In this document: positions 10,307-19,599 of the stretch, piece by piece
How positions within the stretch are numbered: position 1 is the first letter of the stretch
How the letters are laid out: each line of letters opens with the position of its first letter
Assembly (NCBI GenBank): GCA_964580935.1
Contig: CAZOLG010000002.1
Location: forward strand, 259,627-323,626
Source of the DNA: an uncultured Methanomassiliicoccales archaeon
GTDB lineage: Archaea; Thermoplasmatota; Thermoplasmata; Methanomassiliicoccales; CAZOLG01
DNA length: 64,000 bases
Reading direction: 5' to 3'
Position numbers and translations under genes: made by a program
The notes under the pieces: model-generated
Told to the model about the DNA's origin: nothing
The model's database searches: none
The model's input: only the letters and a program-made list of their open reading frames with translations

Positions 10307-10591
10307 AAGCTTGTTCCTGACACTCTTCACCTTGCTCTTCATTGCCCCTTTCCGGCCCCTCCTGTCGTCGATCTTTACTGAGGTTATGACCCGATTGGAC
10401 ATCTCCATGACCTTCTCATGACATTCCATGATGGTAGGTATGACCTGGTTACCCTCCCCCTCTACTATGGTCCCCATAGGGGTGAGCTCGTATTCCAGTC
10501 CACTGTCTTCAAGAATCTCGATGCACTTGGCCACGTATTCGCTTATACTCTCGCCCACTCCAACCGGTACCACACTGAATTCCACCAACAT
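10301..10591 (-). CDS. MTH1187/YkoF-like thiamine-binding family protein
   Basis: MLVEFSVVPVG..SISEYV...YELTPMGTIVEG...RVITSVKIDDR. Confidence 0.9.
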   Translation of the reverse strand: MLVEFSVVPVGVGESISEYVAKCIEILEDSGLEYELTPMGTIVEGEGNQVIPTIMECHEKVMEMSNRVITSVKIDDRRGRKGAMKSKVKSVRNKLS

Positions 10592-10809
10592 ATCGATCAC
10601 TAATACTAGTAAACAAGCAGCTAATATTGTTATCGGCCGTAGTCTGAAGAGTCTGGAGATGGGCGTGAGAAGGCCGGATCAGAGAGTTTCGTTTTTCGGT
10701 CACCGGTGATAAAAACAGACCGCTATCCCGCAATCTATATATACGCCATTTCTTAATGATTTTAACTTGTTTCGAATCGTCTGTGGAGGGTTTGGGAGGC
10801 TAGAAAGTA

Positions 10810-11214
10810 ATGGGGTCGGATGAGGAAAATGGAGATTTGTCTCCTCTATCTATTGATTATTTGACTGCCGCTATTAAGAACGGTATCGATTTGTACGGGG
10901 GCATGCCTGAGAAGCAGGCACGATCCATGGCCAGGCATATTATTAATTTCTTCGGGTACAGCGAGAGGATAATTGATAATGTTCTGGAGCCCGAGGACAG
11001 GGATGCGTTCTATATGCTGGAGGATACTGGCATCTTGACCACGGAGAGGGAGGAAACCACTCTTTATGACGGTCGAGAATGGAGGATTCACTATTGGCTG
11101 TTCAAAAAGGAGCGGATAGAGAACCTGGCGATAGGGGACGGAAAATCCTACGGGGAGAGCGAGTCCGATTCAGTATATGATGAGGTACCCGAAGAGGTAT
11201 GGCAGAGAGTCTGA
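10810..11214 (+). CDS. Conserved Thermoplasmatota protein (DUF6015-like), probable winged-helix fold
   Basis: FFGYSERIIDNVLEPEDRDAFYMLED.GILTTEREETTLYDGREWRIHYW recognised from memory. SD GGAGG and a TATA-like run near 10736 lie upstream. Confidence 0.7.
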   Translation: MGSDEENGDLSPLSIDYLTAAIKNGIDLYGGMPEKQARSMARHIINFFGYSERIIDNVLEPEDRDAFYMLEDTGILTTEREETTLYDGREWRIHYWLFKKERIENLAIGDGKSYGESESDSVYDEVPEEVWQRV

Positions 11215-11288
11215 CTGTTAATGAATGTTTGACTGAAGCTTCCATTTTCTATTTTCGACCACCCTCCCGAAAGTATTTTTCATGGTTC

Positions 11289-11387
11289 AACGGATGCAGC
11301 AAACGGATCCCTCCGTTTCAAAGCTGGATGGCCCCTTCTCCACAAACGGAAAATGGAGTTCAGAAGGGCAATTATGGAAGAAACGGA
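11289..11387. repeat. Cluster of AAACGGA motifs in the intergenic region upstream of xpd
   Basis: AACGGA at 11289, AAACGGA at 11301, 11344 and 11381, inverted copy TCCGTTT at 11312. Confidence 0.5.
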
Positions 11388-11468
11388 TTGGAGTCAGAGC
11401 GACGATGGTATGGCTTGCTTGCACTGCCACCCTCCTATTGACCCTCGGTACTCAATCCTGAATGAGGA

Positions 11469-13376
11469 ATGATCGTAAAGATGCAGTTATTTCCCTATTC
11501 CCCTAGACCAAATCAAGAGGATTTCATGACGCGGGTGAGTGAAGTAGTCAGCTCCAGAGACCACGCTGTCTTGGAAAGTGGCACGGGCACAGGAAAGACC
11601 GTTTGCGCTTTGGTGGGAGCCTTGAGCTCGTTGGGGGATCAGGGGAAGAGGATCGTGTATCTAACACGAACCAATGCGCAGCAGAGACAGGTGATGCTGG
11701 AACTCAGAGAGATCAATAAGAGGAAGCAGATATTTGGCCTCGGGGTTCAGGGTAGAAGGGGGACATGCCCCCTGCTCAAGGAGAACCCGGATCTCCGAGA
11801 TGGCAACTCTGAAGAATTATCAAAGCTATGCAGAGACAAGAAGGACAGAGTGCTTAGAGAGAAGGAAGGAGGGTGCCCGTTTTATGAGAATACCCTGTCC
11901 ACATCCTTCGATCAGATCAAGTCTTTCTGTATAGAGGTGCTCCCCACGGTAGAGGAGTTCGTCGATTACTGCGGATCAATGAACATCTGTCCCTACGAAT
12001 TGATGAAGGAGATGGTGCCCTCAGCCACTGTAATCACCGCGCCCTACCCTTATTTCTTCAACCCATTCATAAGGAATTCTTTTCTGGAGTGGCTCAATGC
12101 TAGTCTGGAGGGGGTGGTGGCAATAATAGATGAGGCCCACAACCTGCCCGACTATGCCCGGGAAACAAGGTCGTTCACACTCTCGGAAAGGTTACTGGAC
12201 CTGGTGGTGAGCGAGACCAACGAATACGGGGACCCGAAGCTGATCGATGGGGTGAGCATTATCGATGTAGTGAATGTGATGGAAGAGACACTTCAGAAAG
12301 CTCTGGAAGAGTACCTAATCGATGAGGACGGGTTGATACCTCCCTCGTTCCTTCAGGAGGAGCTGATGCACAGCTTCTCAGCTACCTCCCGGTCACTGTC
12401 CGTCATCGCCAAAGGACTGCTGACCCAGGGGGAGATCATAAGGGAGGCAAAGAAGGAGCACGGGATTCTACCTCGATCCTACATCCATTCACTGGGAGGC
12501 TTCCTGGAGTTCTGGATGAATGTGGATGAGGAATGCTTTGTGAAGCTGATCTTGGGAGGGGACAACCCTGGGTTCAAGGGCTATTGCCTCGATCCCTCAC
12601 TGGCCACCTCTTTCCTGCGTAGATGCAGTTCCTCTCTGCACATGTCGGGAACTCTTGCCCCTTTGGACGAGTACAGAGATTCAATCGGGCTTCCTTCATC
12701 CTCCTGGCTAAAGGCCTATCCTTCCCCGTTCCCGGAGGAGAACAGGCAGATCTTCTATGTCGACGATGTCACCACTAAATACGAGGAGCGGGAGAGCGAT
12801 GAAGAGATGGTTCAGAGGCTCCAAAATCATGTAGTCACCCTTTGTAATGTTCTAGACAGAAACACTATTGTCTTCTTCCCTTCGTATTCGTTCATGGATC
12901 GATTTATCTCAGATGGAGTGATCTTGAGGATAAGAAAGAGGGTGTATATGGAGGAAAGGGGGATGTCCCAGAGCCAACTGATGGATATGATCTCGGAGTT
13001 CAAAGATGGTAGGGGAGATGGACAGGTACTGTTCTCGGTGATCGGTGGCAGAGTATCAGAGGGTCTGGACTTCCCTGCTGAGGAACTGGAGGCAGCTCTG
13101 CTGGTCGGAATCCCCTATCCCAAGCCCACTGCTAAGCAGAGGGCCCTGCTACATTACTACGAACTCAAATTTGGCAAGGGGTGGGAGTACACTGTCAAGG
13201 CCCCTACCCAGCGTAAGATGTTGCAGGCCATCGGGAGATTGATACGTACGGAACGGGACGTGGGGGCGGCCTTCATACTGGATCGAAGAGCTCAGCAGTT
13301 CTCCTCCGTGGTCGACATCAAGCTCTCTGAAAATCCGGTCGCCGATGTATGCAATTTCTTTGAGAGTAGAACTTGA
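11469..13376 (+). CDS. xpd: XPD/Rad3-family Fe-S DNA helicase
   Basis: Q motif PRPNQ, SGTGTGKT, four Fe-S cysteines, DEAH, SGTL, SEGLDF, QAIGRLIR. Confidence 0.92.
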   Translation: MIVKMQLFPYSPRPNQEDFMTRVSEVVSSRDHAVLESGTGTGKTVCALVGALSSLGDQGKRIVYLTRTNAQQRQVMLELREINKRKQIFGLGVQGRRGTCPLLKENPDLRDGNSEELSKLCRDKKDRVLREKEGGCPFYENTLSTSFDQIKSFCIEVLPTVEEFVDYCGSMNICPYELMKEMVPSATVITAPYPYFFNPFIRNSFLEWLNASLEGVVAIIDEAHNLPDYARETRSFTLSERLLDLVVSETNEYGDPKLIDGVSIIDVVNVMEETLQKALEEYLIDEDGLIPPSFLQEELMHSFSATSRSLSVIAKGLLTQGEIIREAKKEHGILPRSYIHSLGGFLEFWMNVDEECFVKLILGGDNPGFKGYCLDPSLATSFLRRCSSSLHMSGTLAPLDEYRDSIGLPSSSWLKAYPSPFPEENRQIFYVDDVTTKYEERESDEEMVQRLQNHVVTLCNVLDRNTIVFFPSYSFMDRFISDGVILRIRKRVYMEERGMSQSQLMDMISEFKDGRGDGQVLFSVIGGRVSEGLDFPAEELEAALLVGIPYPKPTAKQRALLHYYELKFGKGWEYTVKAPTQRKMLQAIGRLIRTERDVGAAFILDRRAQQFSSVVDIKLSENPVADVCNFFESRT

Positions 13377-13421
13377 CCTGGAATAGAAAATTACTTAATC
13401 GGACTGTTGAATCAATCGCTG

Positions 13422-13985
13422 ATGAACGAGGTGTTGGTGGCCCTGAGCGGTATATGGTTGATGCTACCAGCCCTGGTTCCAAACTCAACCGCCGTGATAT
13501 TCGGTGGAGGGAGGCCGATCGATCTGGGTAAGAGTTGGAGAGGAAAGAGGATCCTGGGCGACGGTAAGACTTTCAACGGTTTCCTGGGCGGAGTGAGTTC
13601 TGGGATAATTCTAGGTTTGGTACAGCTGCTGATCGCCTACAGCCTAGGCAGCCAGGATTACTGGGGGTTTGGTCCCTTTCCTGAATGTATGGGGGTGATA
13701 TCCATATTAGCTGTCGGCTCTTTACTGGGAGACATGGGCGGCTCCTTCGTAAAACGTAGGTTGGGTATGGAAAGAGGAGAGAAGACGCCGGGTCTGGATC
13801 AGTTCGATTTCCTCCTGGGGGCCATCCTCCTCTCCTTGATATTTTATCCCAATTGGTTTATTGGTTCTTTCATAACCGGAGAGAACATTATAGCCCTGAT
13901 CTCACTCTTAATTGCGGTGCCGTTACTCCACAGGGTGGTGAATATTATCGGGTATAAAATGGGGGAAAAGGATGAACCATGGTAA
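13422..13985 (+). CDS. carS: CDP-2,3-bis-(O-geranylgeranyl)-sn-glycerol (CDP-archaeol) synthase
   Basis: PALVPN, PIDLG, RILGDGKT, GSFVKRR, LDQFDF, C-terminal K.EPW, several TM helices. Confidence 0.93.
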   Translation: MNEVLVALSGIWLMLPALVPNSTAVIFGGGRPIDLGKSWRGKRILGDGKTFNGFLGGVSSGIILGLVQLLIAYSLGSQDYWGFGPFPECMGVISILAVGSLLGDMGGSFVKRRLGMERGEKTPGLDQFDFLLGAILLSLIFYPNWFIGSFITGENIIALISLLIAVPLLHRVVNIIGYKMGEKDEPW

Positions 13986-13989
13986 CAAG

Positions 13990-14514
13990 ATGAAATTGAA
14001 AAGAGCATTGAAGGATTGTGGGGCACTTGTTTTCGGAGAATTTACTCTTTCTTCCGGTAAAAAGAGCTCATACTATGTGGATATAAAAAAGGCGTGCTCC
14101 GTACCCAGCATCCTTCCTCTGATCTGCAACGAGATCGAATCACTCATAGAGAGTGATAAAATAGTATTCAACAGGGTGGCAGGGGTGGTACTGGGAAGCG
14201 TCCCTCTAGTAGTTGCTCTATCGCTGCAGATCGAAGTGCCCTATGTGCTGGTGAGAAAGGGGAAAAAGGGATACGGTACTGGGAAGGAAATCGAGGGTAC
14301 CCTGGCCGAGAATGACAGAGTGCTGGTGATCGAGGATGTGGTCACCACAGCATCATCGGCCGTGGGGGCCATTCAATCCCTGAGAGAGGCGGGGGCTGTT
14401 GTCCAGGATCTTGTTGCTGTGGTGGACCGCCAGGAAGGTGCTGAGGAGCGCTTGAGAGGTATCGATGTCAGGCTGCACTCGGTATTGAAGGCAAAGGACT
14501 TCCGGGAGGATTGA
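13990..14514 (+). CDS. pyrE: Orotate phosphoribosyltransferase
   Basis: FGEFTLSSGKKSSYYVD, VRK..KGYG, PRPP motif VIEDVVTTA, VVDRQEG. Confidence 0.94.
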   Translation: MKLKRALKDCGALVFGEFTLSSGKKSSYYVDIKKACSVPSILPLICNEIESLIESDKIVFNRVAGVVLGSVPLVVALSLQIEVPYVLVRKGKKGYGTGKEIEGTLAENDRVLVIEDVVTTASSAVGAIQSLREAGAVVQDLVAVVDRQEGAEERLRGIDVRLHSVLKAKDFRED

Positions 14515-14515
14515 A

Positions 14516-15046
14516 ATGAGGCTAGACGGGGAGTGTACTCGCTGCCGCTTGAGTCAAGGGAGGAGAAATGTGGTACCTCCCACAGGAGATCTCCAATCAC
14601 CGGTGTGTCTTGTAGGCGAGGCTCCCGGTGAGCAGGAGGATATCGATGCCGTGCCCTTCGTGGGTCGAGCGGGAAGAATGCTCGACCAGATAATGGAGGA
14701 GGGGGGCATCACTAGAGAGCGGGTGATGATTACCAATGCCGTCAAATGCAGACCGCCGGATAACAGGAATCCGCGCAAGGATGAGCTCAAGGCCTGCTTT
14801 CCATACCTGGAACAGGACCTGGAGGGTAAAGAGGTGATTATAGGCATGGGAAGGGTGGCCTGTAAGAGCCTGCTGGGAAGGGACATCAAGCTGAAAGATG
14901 GTGCCAACCGGGTGTTGAAGATCCAGATCGGTGACTCACGGTTGAAGTTCATCCCTACCTACCACCCGGCTGCATGTCTCTTCAACCTCGAAGCAAGAGA
15001 GGGTTTGAAGAAAACGATCCGTACCATCACTCGGGAGTACCTTTGA
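14516..15046 (+). CDS. udg: Family 4 uracil-DNA glycosylase (Fe-S)
   Basis: CTRCRL, VGEAPGEQED, PFVGRAG, NAVKCRPP.NR, TYHPAA. Confidence 0.93.
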   Translation: MRLDGECTRCRLSQGRRNVVPPTGDLQSPVCLVGEAPGEQEDIDAVPFVGRAGRMLDQIMEEGGITRERVMITNAVKCRPPDNRNPRKDELKACFPYLEQDLEGKEVIIGMGRVACKSLLGRDIKLKDGANRVLKIQIGDSRLKFIPTYHPAACLFNLEAREGLKKTIRTITREYL

Positions 15047-15065
15047 GCTTGGAGAGGGCCGTTGC

Positions 15066-15740
15066 TCAGACAAGAAAGCGCTTCTTCCACAGGAACGTAA
15101 AATTCTTCCTACCGTCTTTCCATGAAGAAAGTTTCACTTCACCCACCCTCTTATAGTAGGAGATGGGGACCTCCCTGGCCTTGAGCTTTCTGAAAGCCTC
15201 TATCTTTATCTCCTCCGAGAGGGGCATGCCGTTGCTTATCAGAGTCATATCATTAAGGGCCTCTTTCCTAAACACCCACATACCGCTCTGAGAGTCTTTG
15301 ATGCCTATCCAGAAAAGCATGTTCAAAGTGAATGTGAGTATCCTGTTGCCCAGCCTGTGGGAGGGGGTCATTGCCCCGCTTTCCAGATCGGCAAAACGGT
15401 TGGTGGTAATGAAGTCCAGATTCTCGTCCAGTAACATGTCCACCAGGATGGGTATCTCCTCCGCAGGATAGGTACAATCGGCATCCAGGGTGGCTATGAC
15501 CTCTCCATCAGAATGTTCAAATCCAGTCTTGTATGCCCTGCCGTATCCACGGCGGGGCTCATCTACAACTCTAGCTCCTTTGTAGGCGGCAATCTCCCTT
15601 GTACGGTCCTGAGAGCTTGTGTCCACGATGAGCATCTCGTAATCCCTATGCGCATTCTCCATTGCCCCCTTTACCGCGTCAAGGACTTCTCCTATGGATT
15701 CTTCCTCATTCATGGTCGGGATGATCACCGAGACTTTCAT
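15066..15740 (-). CDS. GT2 glycosyltransferase (DPM1-like)
   Basis: VSVIIPTMNEE, GYGRA, LDAD, DSQSG. Start moved to ATG 15740. Confidence 0.9.
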   Translation of the reverse strand: MKVSVIIPTMNEEESIGEVLDAVKGAMENAHRDYEMLIVDTSSQDRTREIAAYKGARVVDEPRRGYGRAYKTGFEHSDGEVIATLDADCTYPAEEIPILVDMLLDENLDFITTNRFADLESGAMTPSHRLGNRILTFTLNMLFWIGIKDSQSGMWVFRKEALNDMTLISNGMPLSEEIKIEAFRKLKAREVPISYYKRVGEVKLSSWKDGRKNFTFLWKKRFLV

Positions 15741-15876
15741 TGATCGCCTCCCCTCATCGAACAACCAGTACGGCTTATGGCTAATAGAGGTTGTCGGTAG
15801 GTTTTGAGGCAATAGGGAGCTGAACTCTAAAACGATGAGTGATTCAACCAATTCCGGTCATTGTCCAACAGGAGAG

Positions 15877-16665
15877 TCAACCATAGGGTTCCTTGTCCCC
15901 GAACAGCTTGAACCCGAGGTACCCCATCATAGCACAGGTAAGCCTCAACAAGGACCAAGCGTTGACTTTGTGCTGAAACATACTGATGGGGTCGTAGGAA
16001 TCCCAGAGACGGCCGTGTTTCAAAGTAAGCTGCTTCCTCCCCACACCGTTCCAGAAAGCCTGTCTGAAGAAACCGTAGACGGTTCCCCTCTCCCTGTGGT
16101 AGACAATCGCGTCGAGATTGGGAACTAACTCGTAACCATTCTCAACGGCTCTAAAGTTAAGATCGACGTCCTCAGCAGTAATGAACCATGGGTCCAGACC
16201 GCCCACCTCCTCAATCACCTCTCTCCTGAACGCCATATTGCAACTGGGATAGGAAATATCGAAGCCTTTGTGAAAGAGTTCCACTCGACCCAGCTCTTCC
16301 CATGCTCTGAGCCCGATGTTGATTACTCTGCCTGCCACAATGTCTGCCCCTTCCATGATGGTCTTTCTGAGCTCATTGATCCAGAAGGGGTTAGCAATGC
16401 AGTCCCCTCCGATCAGGGCAATGATATCTCCACTGGCTTTCTCAATACCGAAATTCGTACTCTCTCCCCTGGTACCGGACTTGATGTACATTTCCACGAA
16501 AGGATACTTCCCAACGTAATCCTTCACAACCTCCCTAGTGCGGTCCTTGCTCTTAGCATCAACCACCACCACTTCTAAAGGCTGTTCCTGGACCACGAGG
16601 CTGTCCAAGAGATCCGAAATGTTCCTCTCCTCGTTCATTACGTTGAGAACCACGCTGACTTTCAT
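15877..16665 (-). CDS. GT2 glycosyltransferase
   Basis: VSVVLNVMNEE, VVVDAKSKD, CNMAFRR, AEDVDL. Confidence 0.87.
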   Translation of the reverse strand: MKVSVVLNVMNEERNISDLLDSLVVQEQPLEVVVVDAKSKDRTREVVKDYVGKYPFVEMYIKSGTRGESTNFGIEKASGDIIALIGGDCIANPFWINELRKTIMEGADIVAGRVINIGLRAWEELGRVELFHKGFDISYPSCNMAFRREVIEEVGGLDPWFITAEDVDLNFRAVENGYELVPNLDAIVYHRERGTVYGFFRQAFWNGVGRKQLTLKHGRLWDSYDPISMFQHKVNAWSLLRLTCAMMGYLGFKLFGDKEPYG

Positions 16666-16737
16666 GTATCACTGGCTGAATGGCCCGGTTCGTTTATGAG
16701 AGTTTCGGATTCTATCGTATATCCTGGATTCAGGTCA

Positions 16738-17922
16738 CTATCTACCATAACTGGATCTGATCTTGCTGGCCATGGCGTCCAATCCCAAAGGATAACCCTG
16801 CCAACCAGCAATATTGATACACTCCAGACTGTTCTCAGAACCTGTCTCTCTGCAATATTCTCCCGCTGTCGAACTTGAGTGCATGTCTAGGGGTAGGCAC
16901 AGCACACTTGAAACGCCGCTCTCTTCTAACTCACACAGCTTTTCATCTGGCTTTGGATTTCTGAAGTACCTGTAAGCCACATCGATGTTGTCCTTCCCCA
17001 AACTCTCTGAAACAGCTTCGAATCCGTTCAGTGACGGTTCCTCTCCAGAGGGGAGCACCCCCCATCCTGGGGGGCTGCCTCGCCTGATCGCCAGGACATT
17101 CGTCGTCTTTTCTGATGCACTCTCAATTATTCTAAGAATCTCTTCGTCGACTTCCAATCCATACTCAATGAACGAGATACTGACACCTCGTTCTTCCAGA
17201 TTCAGGGTGCCAGTCTTCTCCCTCAGGCCCTCTATTCTGTTCCTTCGGCCCAGGAAAACAGGGCACAGAATTACCTGATCAGAGCCTGCATCGATCTCCT
17301 CAACGATTCTCTGGAGTATGGCCGAATGGTCCTCCAGCGACATTGTTAGAACATTGATGTTCCGTCCCTCGACCAACAATCTATCCTGGAGAGAACCGAG
17401 AATCTGTTCCCTTTCCTGCTGAGCCTTCACCCACTCCTCCTCGTCAGTCATATTCCGAATCTTCCTCAACAGGAAGGGTCTTGACCAGAAGGAAACTGTT
17501 GGTGCTTCTTCATCTCTCAGTGTCTTCATCCTGTTAACCCAGGTAGTCCTCCGGTAATGAAGTGGGGCCCCGTCCTCAACCAGGATAACGCTGATCTGAC
17601 CTGTCTCCTGATGCTCAGATCCCTTGATCTTGGGGACAACTTCTATTTCCTTCGCACAGAGCGAACGTCTGGTCTGAAAACTATATCCGAGTATTGCTGC
17701 CATGGCTGCTAAAGGGATAGAGACTATGAGCTCCGGAGAACTCAAGATGCTCACAAACGCGATTGCAGTAGCCAGTCCGAAGAATATAGAAGACATCAGA
17801 TAATACCTGAGTCTGTCTCTGGGAACAGACAGATACTGCACTATGGAGATTCCCAGGAAGAAGGCGGCCGCCATCGGAAGAACAGGGTCTAGATATCCCA
17901 ATTGATCACCGTTCAATACCAA
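16738..17922 (-). CDS. Membrane-anchored protein with a degenerate ferrochelatase/class II chelatase-like fold
   Basis: Three N-terminal TM segments, then ISVILVEDGAP, VILCPVFL and VAYRYFRNPKPDEKLCELEESGVSSVLCLPL, resembling the two chelatase lobes. Confidence 0.5.
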   Translation of the reverse strand: MVLNGDQLGYLDPVLPMAAAFFLGISIVQYLSVPRDRLRYYLMSSIFFGLATAIAFVSILSSPELIVSIPLAAMAAILGYSFQTRRSLCAKEIEVVPKIKGSEHQETGQISVILVEDGAPLHYRRTTWVNRMKTLRDEEAPTVSFWSRPFLLRKIRNMTDEEEWVKAQQEREQILGSLQDRLLVEGRNINVLTMSLEDHSAILQRIVEEIDAGSDQVILCPVFLGRRNRIEGLREKTGTLNLEERGVSISFIEYGLEVDEEILRIIESASEKTTNVLAIRRGSPPGWGVLPSGEEPSLNGFEAVSESLGKDNIDVAYRYFRNPKPDEKLCELEESGVSSVLCLPLDMHSSSTAGEYCRETGSENSLECINIAGWQGYPLGLDAMASKIRSSYGR

Positions 17923-18043
17923 ACATACTTCGAGGGATAAAAATGCACTCCCAAATATTGAGTAGATACTTAGCCAATCTGGGAGTTAGAAGATACTGGA
18001 ATAACAAATTATTAATCTGCACATACCATTAGAACGACCTGAC

Positions 18044-18499
18044 ATGAAGCTGAAGGGAGATCATTATCGGATTGATGATTCCAGTATTGGAAAAGGTACC
18101 ATAGTATGGGATTTCGTGAATCTTTTTGGGTGTGAGATAGGGGAAGACTGCAAAGTGGGCTCATTTGTGGAGATAGGTAGAGGAGTCACCGTGGGTGATC
18201 GATGCAAGATAGAGCCCTACGCTTTCATCCCCGAAGGTGTGACCATAGGCGATGAGGTATTCGTGGGACCTCATGTTGTATTTACCAATGATATGTACCC
18301 TCGGGCTGTTGGCGATTGGGAGCTGGAAAGGACTGTAGTGAAGAATGGGGCCTCGATAGGAGCGGGCGCAGTGATCATATGTGGAGTTACCATCGGTGAA
18401 GGAGCGATGGTGGGTGCCGGATCGGTGGTGACCTGTGATGTGGCTCCGGGAGAAAGTGTTGTCGGTAATCCGGCTAGGCCCATCAGAAAGGAGGAATGA
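18044..18499 (+). CDS. Hexapeptide-repeat sugar N-acetyltransferase (WbpD-like)
   Basis: Left-handed beta-helix repeats, FVGPHVVFTND.YP, VGAGSVVT.DV, VGNPAR. Confidence 0.92.
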   Translation: MKLKGDHYRIDDSSIGKGTIVWDFVNLFGCEIGEDCKVGSFVEIGRGVTVGDRCKIEPYAFIPEGVTIGDEVFVGPHVVFTNDMYPRAVGDWELERTVVKNGASIGAGAVIICGVTIGEGAMVGAGSVVTCDVAPGESVVGNPARPIRKEE

Positions 18500-19599
18500 T
18501 CTTGAAGATACCGTTGTGCAAACCCGGGGTCAGTGATGAGATGATCAGCGCTGCTTCTGAGGCATTGAGAAATGAAAGGATGGTGCTGGGCGAAAGTGTT
18601 TTCAAATTCGAGGAGGAGTTCGCTGACTATATAGGCACCGATTTTGCCGTCTCTGTTTCTTCAGGGACTGCAGCCCTCACCCTCTCCTTGATCGCGTTGA
18701 GGGCTGCAGGAAAGGAGGTGCTTACCACCCCCTTATCTTTCATCGCCACTGCCAACTCGATTGTCCACGCTGGAGCATCTCCCTCATTTGTGGATGTCAC
18801 TGAGGACGAGAAATTGATAGATCTGTCCCAGGCGAAAGGGTCGGTGAAGAAGGGGCAGTTCATCATGCCCGTGCATCTGTTCGGCCACCCCTGTGACATG
18901 GAGATGCTGATGGACATCGTCTCCTCCCAGGACCTGGCGCTGGTAGAGGACGCGGCTCAGGCCCATGGAGCGGAATTTGATGGGGGAAAAATTGGTTCCT
19001 TCGGAGATGTGGGGTGCTTCTCATTCTACTCCACCAAGAACATGACAGTGGGGGGGGATGGAGGTATGGTGACCACTGACGATGAAAATCTGGCAGATGA
19101 CATAAGAAAGCTTCGGAATTGCGGTAGAGTGTCACATTATGTTCACGATGTTTTCGGTTTCACTGCCAGACTCAATACTGCCAATGCAGCCTTTGGAAGA
19201 GTCCAGCTCAGATATCTGGATGAGTGGAATGAAAGAAGAAGAAAAATCGCTTCGATGTACTCCGAACGTTTGAAACACCTGGAAGAGTTGATTTTGCCCC
19301 CGGTGCCCTCCGGGAAGAAGGTGTCAGTCTTCCACCTCTATGCCATACGGTGTGAGAGGAGAGATGAGTTGTGTGAATACCTGGAGGACAGAGGAGTTGA
19401 ATGTGGTATTCACTACCCAGTACCGATTCACCTTCAACCGATTTACAGAGAAGAATACGGTTATCGTGAAGGAGATTATCCGGTATCGGAGTCGCTCTCC
19501 GATGAGATGCTCTCAATACCCATTTTCCCCTCATTAAAAAACTCGGAGATTAACTACATATGTGAAGCGATTGAAGATTTCTACGGAGGGGAGAGATGA
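18496..19599 (+). CDS. DegT/DnrJ/EryC1/StrS aminotransferase (WbpE-like)
   Basis: SSGTAAL, SFIATAN, PVHLFG, EDAAQAHG, SFYSTKN...GDGG. Confidence 0.93.
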   Translation: MILKIPLCKPGVSDEMISAASEALRNERMVLGESVFKFEEEFADYIGTDFAVSVSSGTAALTLSLIALRAAGKEVLTTPLSFIATANSIVHAGASPSFVDVTEDEKLIDLSQAKGSVKKGQFIMPVHLFGHPCDMEMLMDIVSSQDLALVEDAAQAHGAEFDGGKIGSFGDVGCFSFYSTKNMTVGGDGGMVTTDDENLADDIRKLRNCGRVSHYVHDVFGFTARLNTANAAFGRVQLRYLDEWNERRRKIASMYSERLKHLEELILPPVPSGKKVSVFHLYAIRCERRDELCEYLEDRGVECGIHYPVPIHLQPIYREEYGYREGDYPVSESLSDEMLSIPIFPSLKNSEINYICEAIEDFYGGER

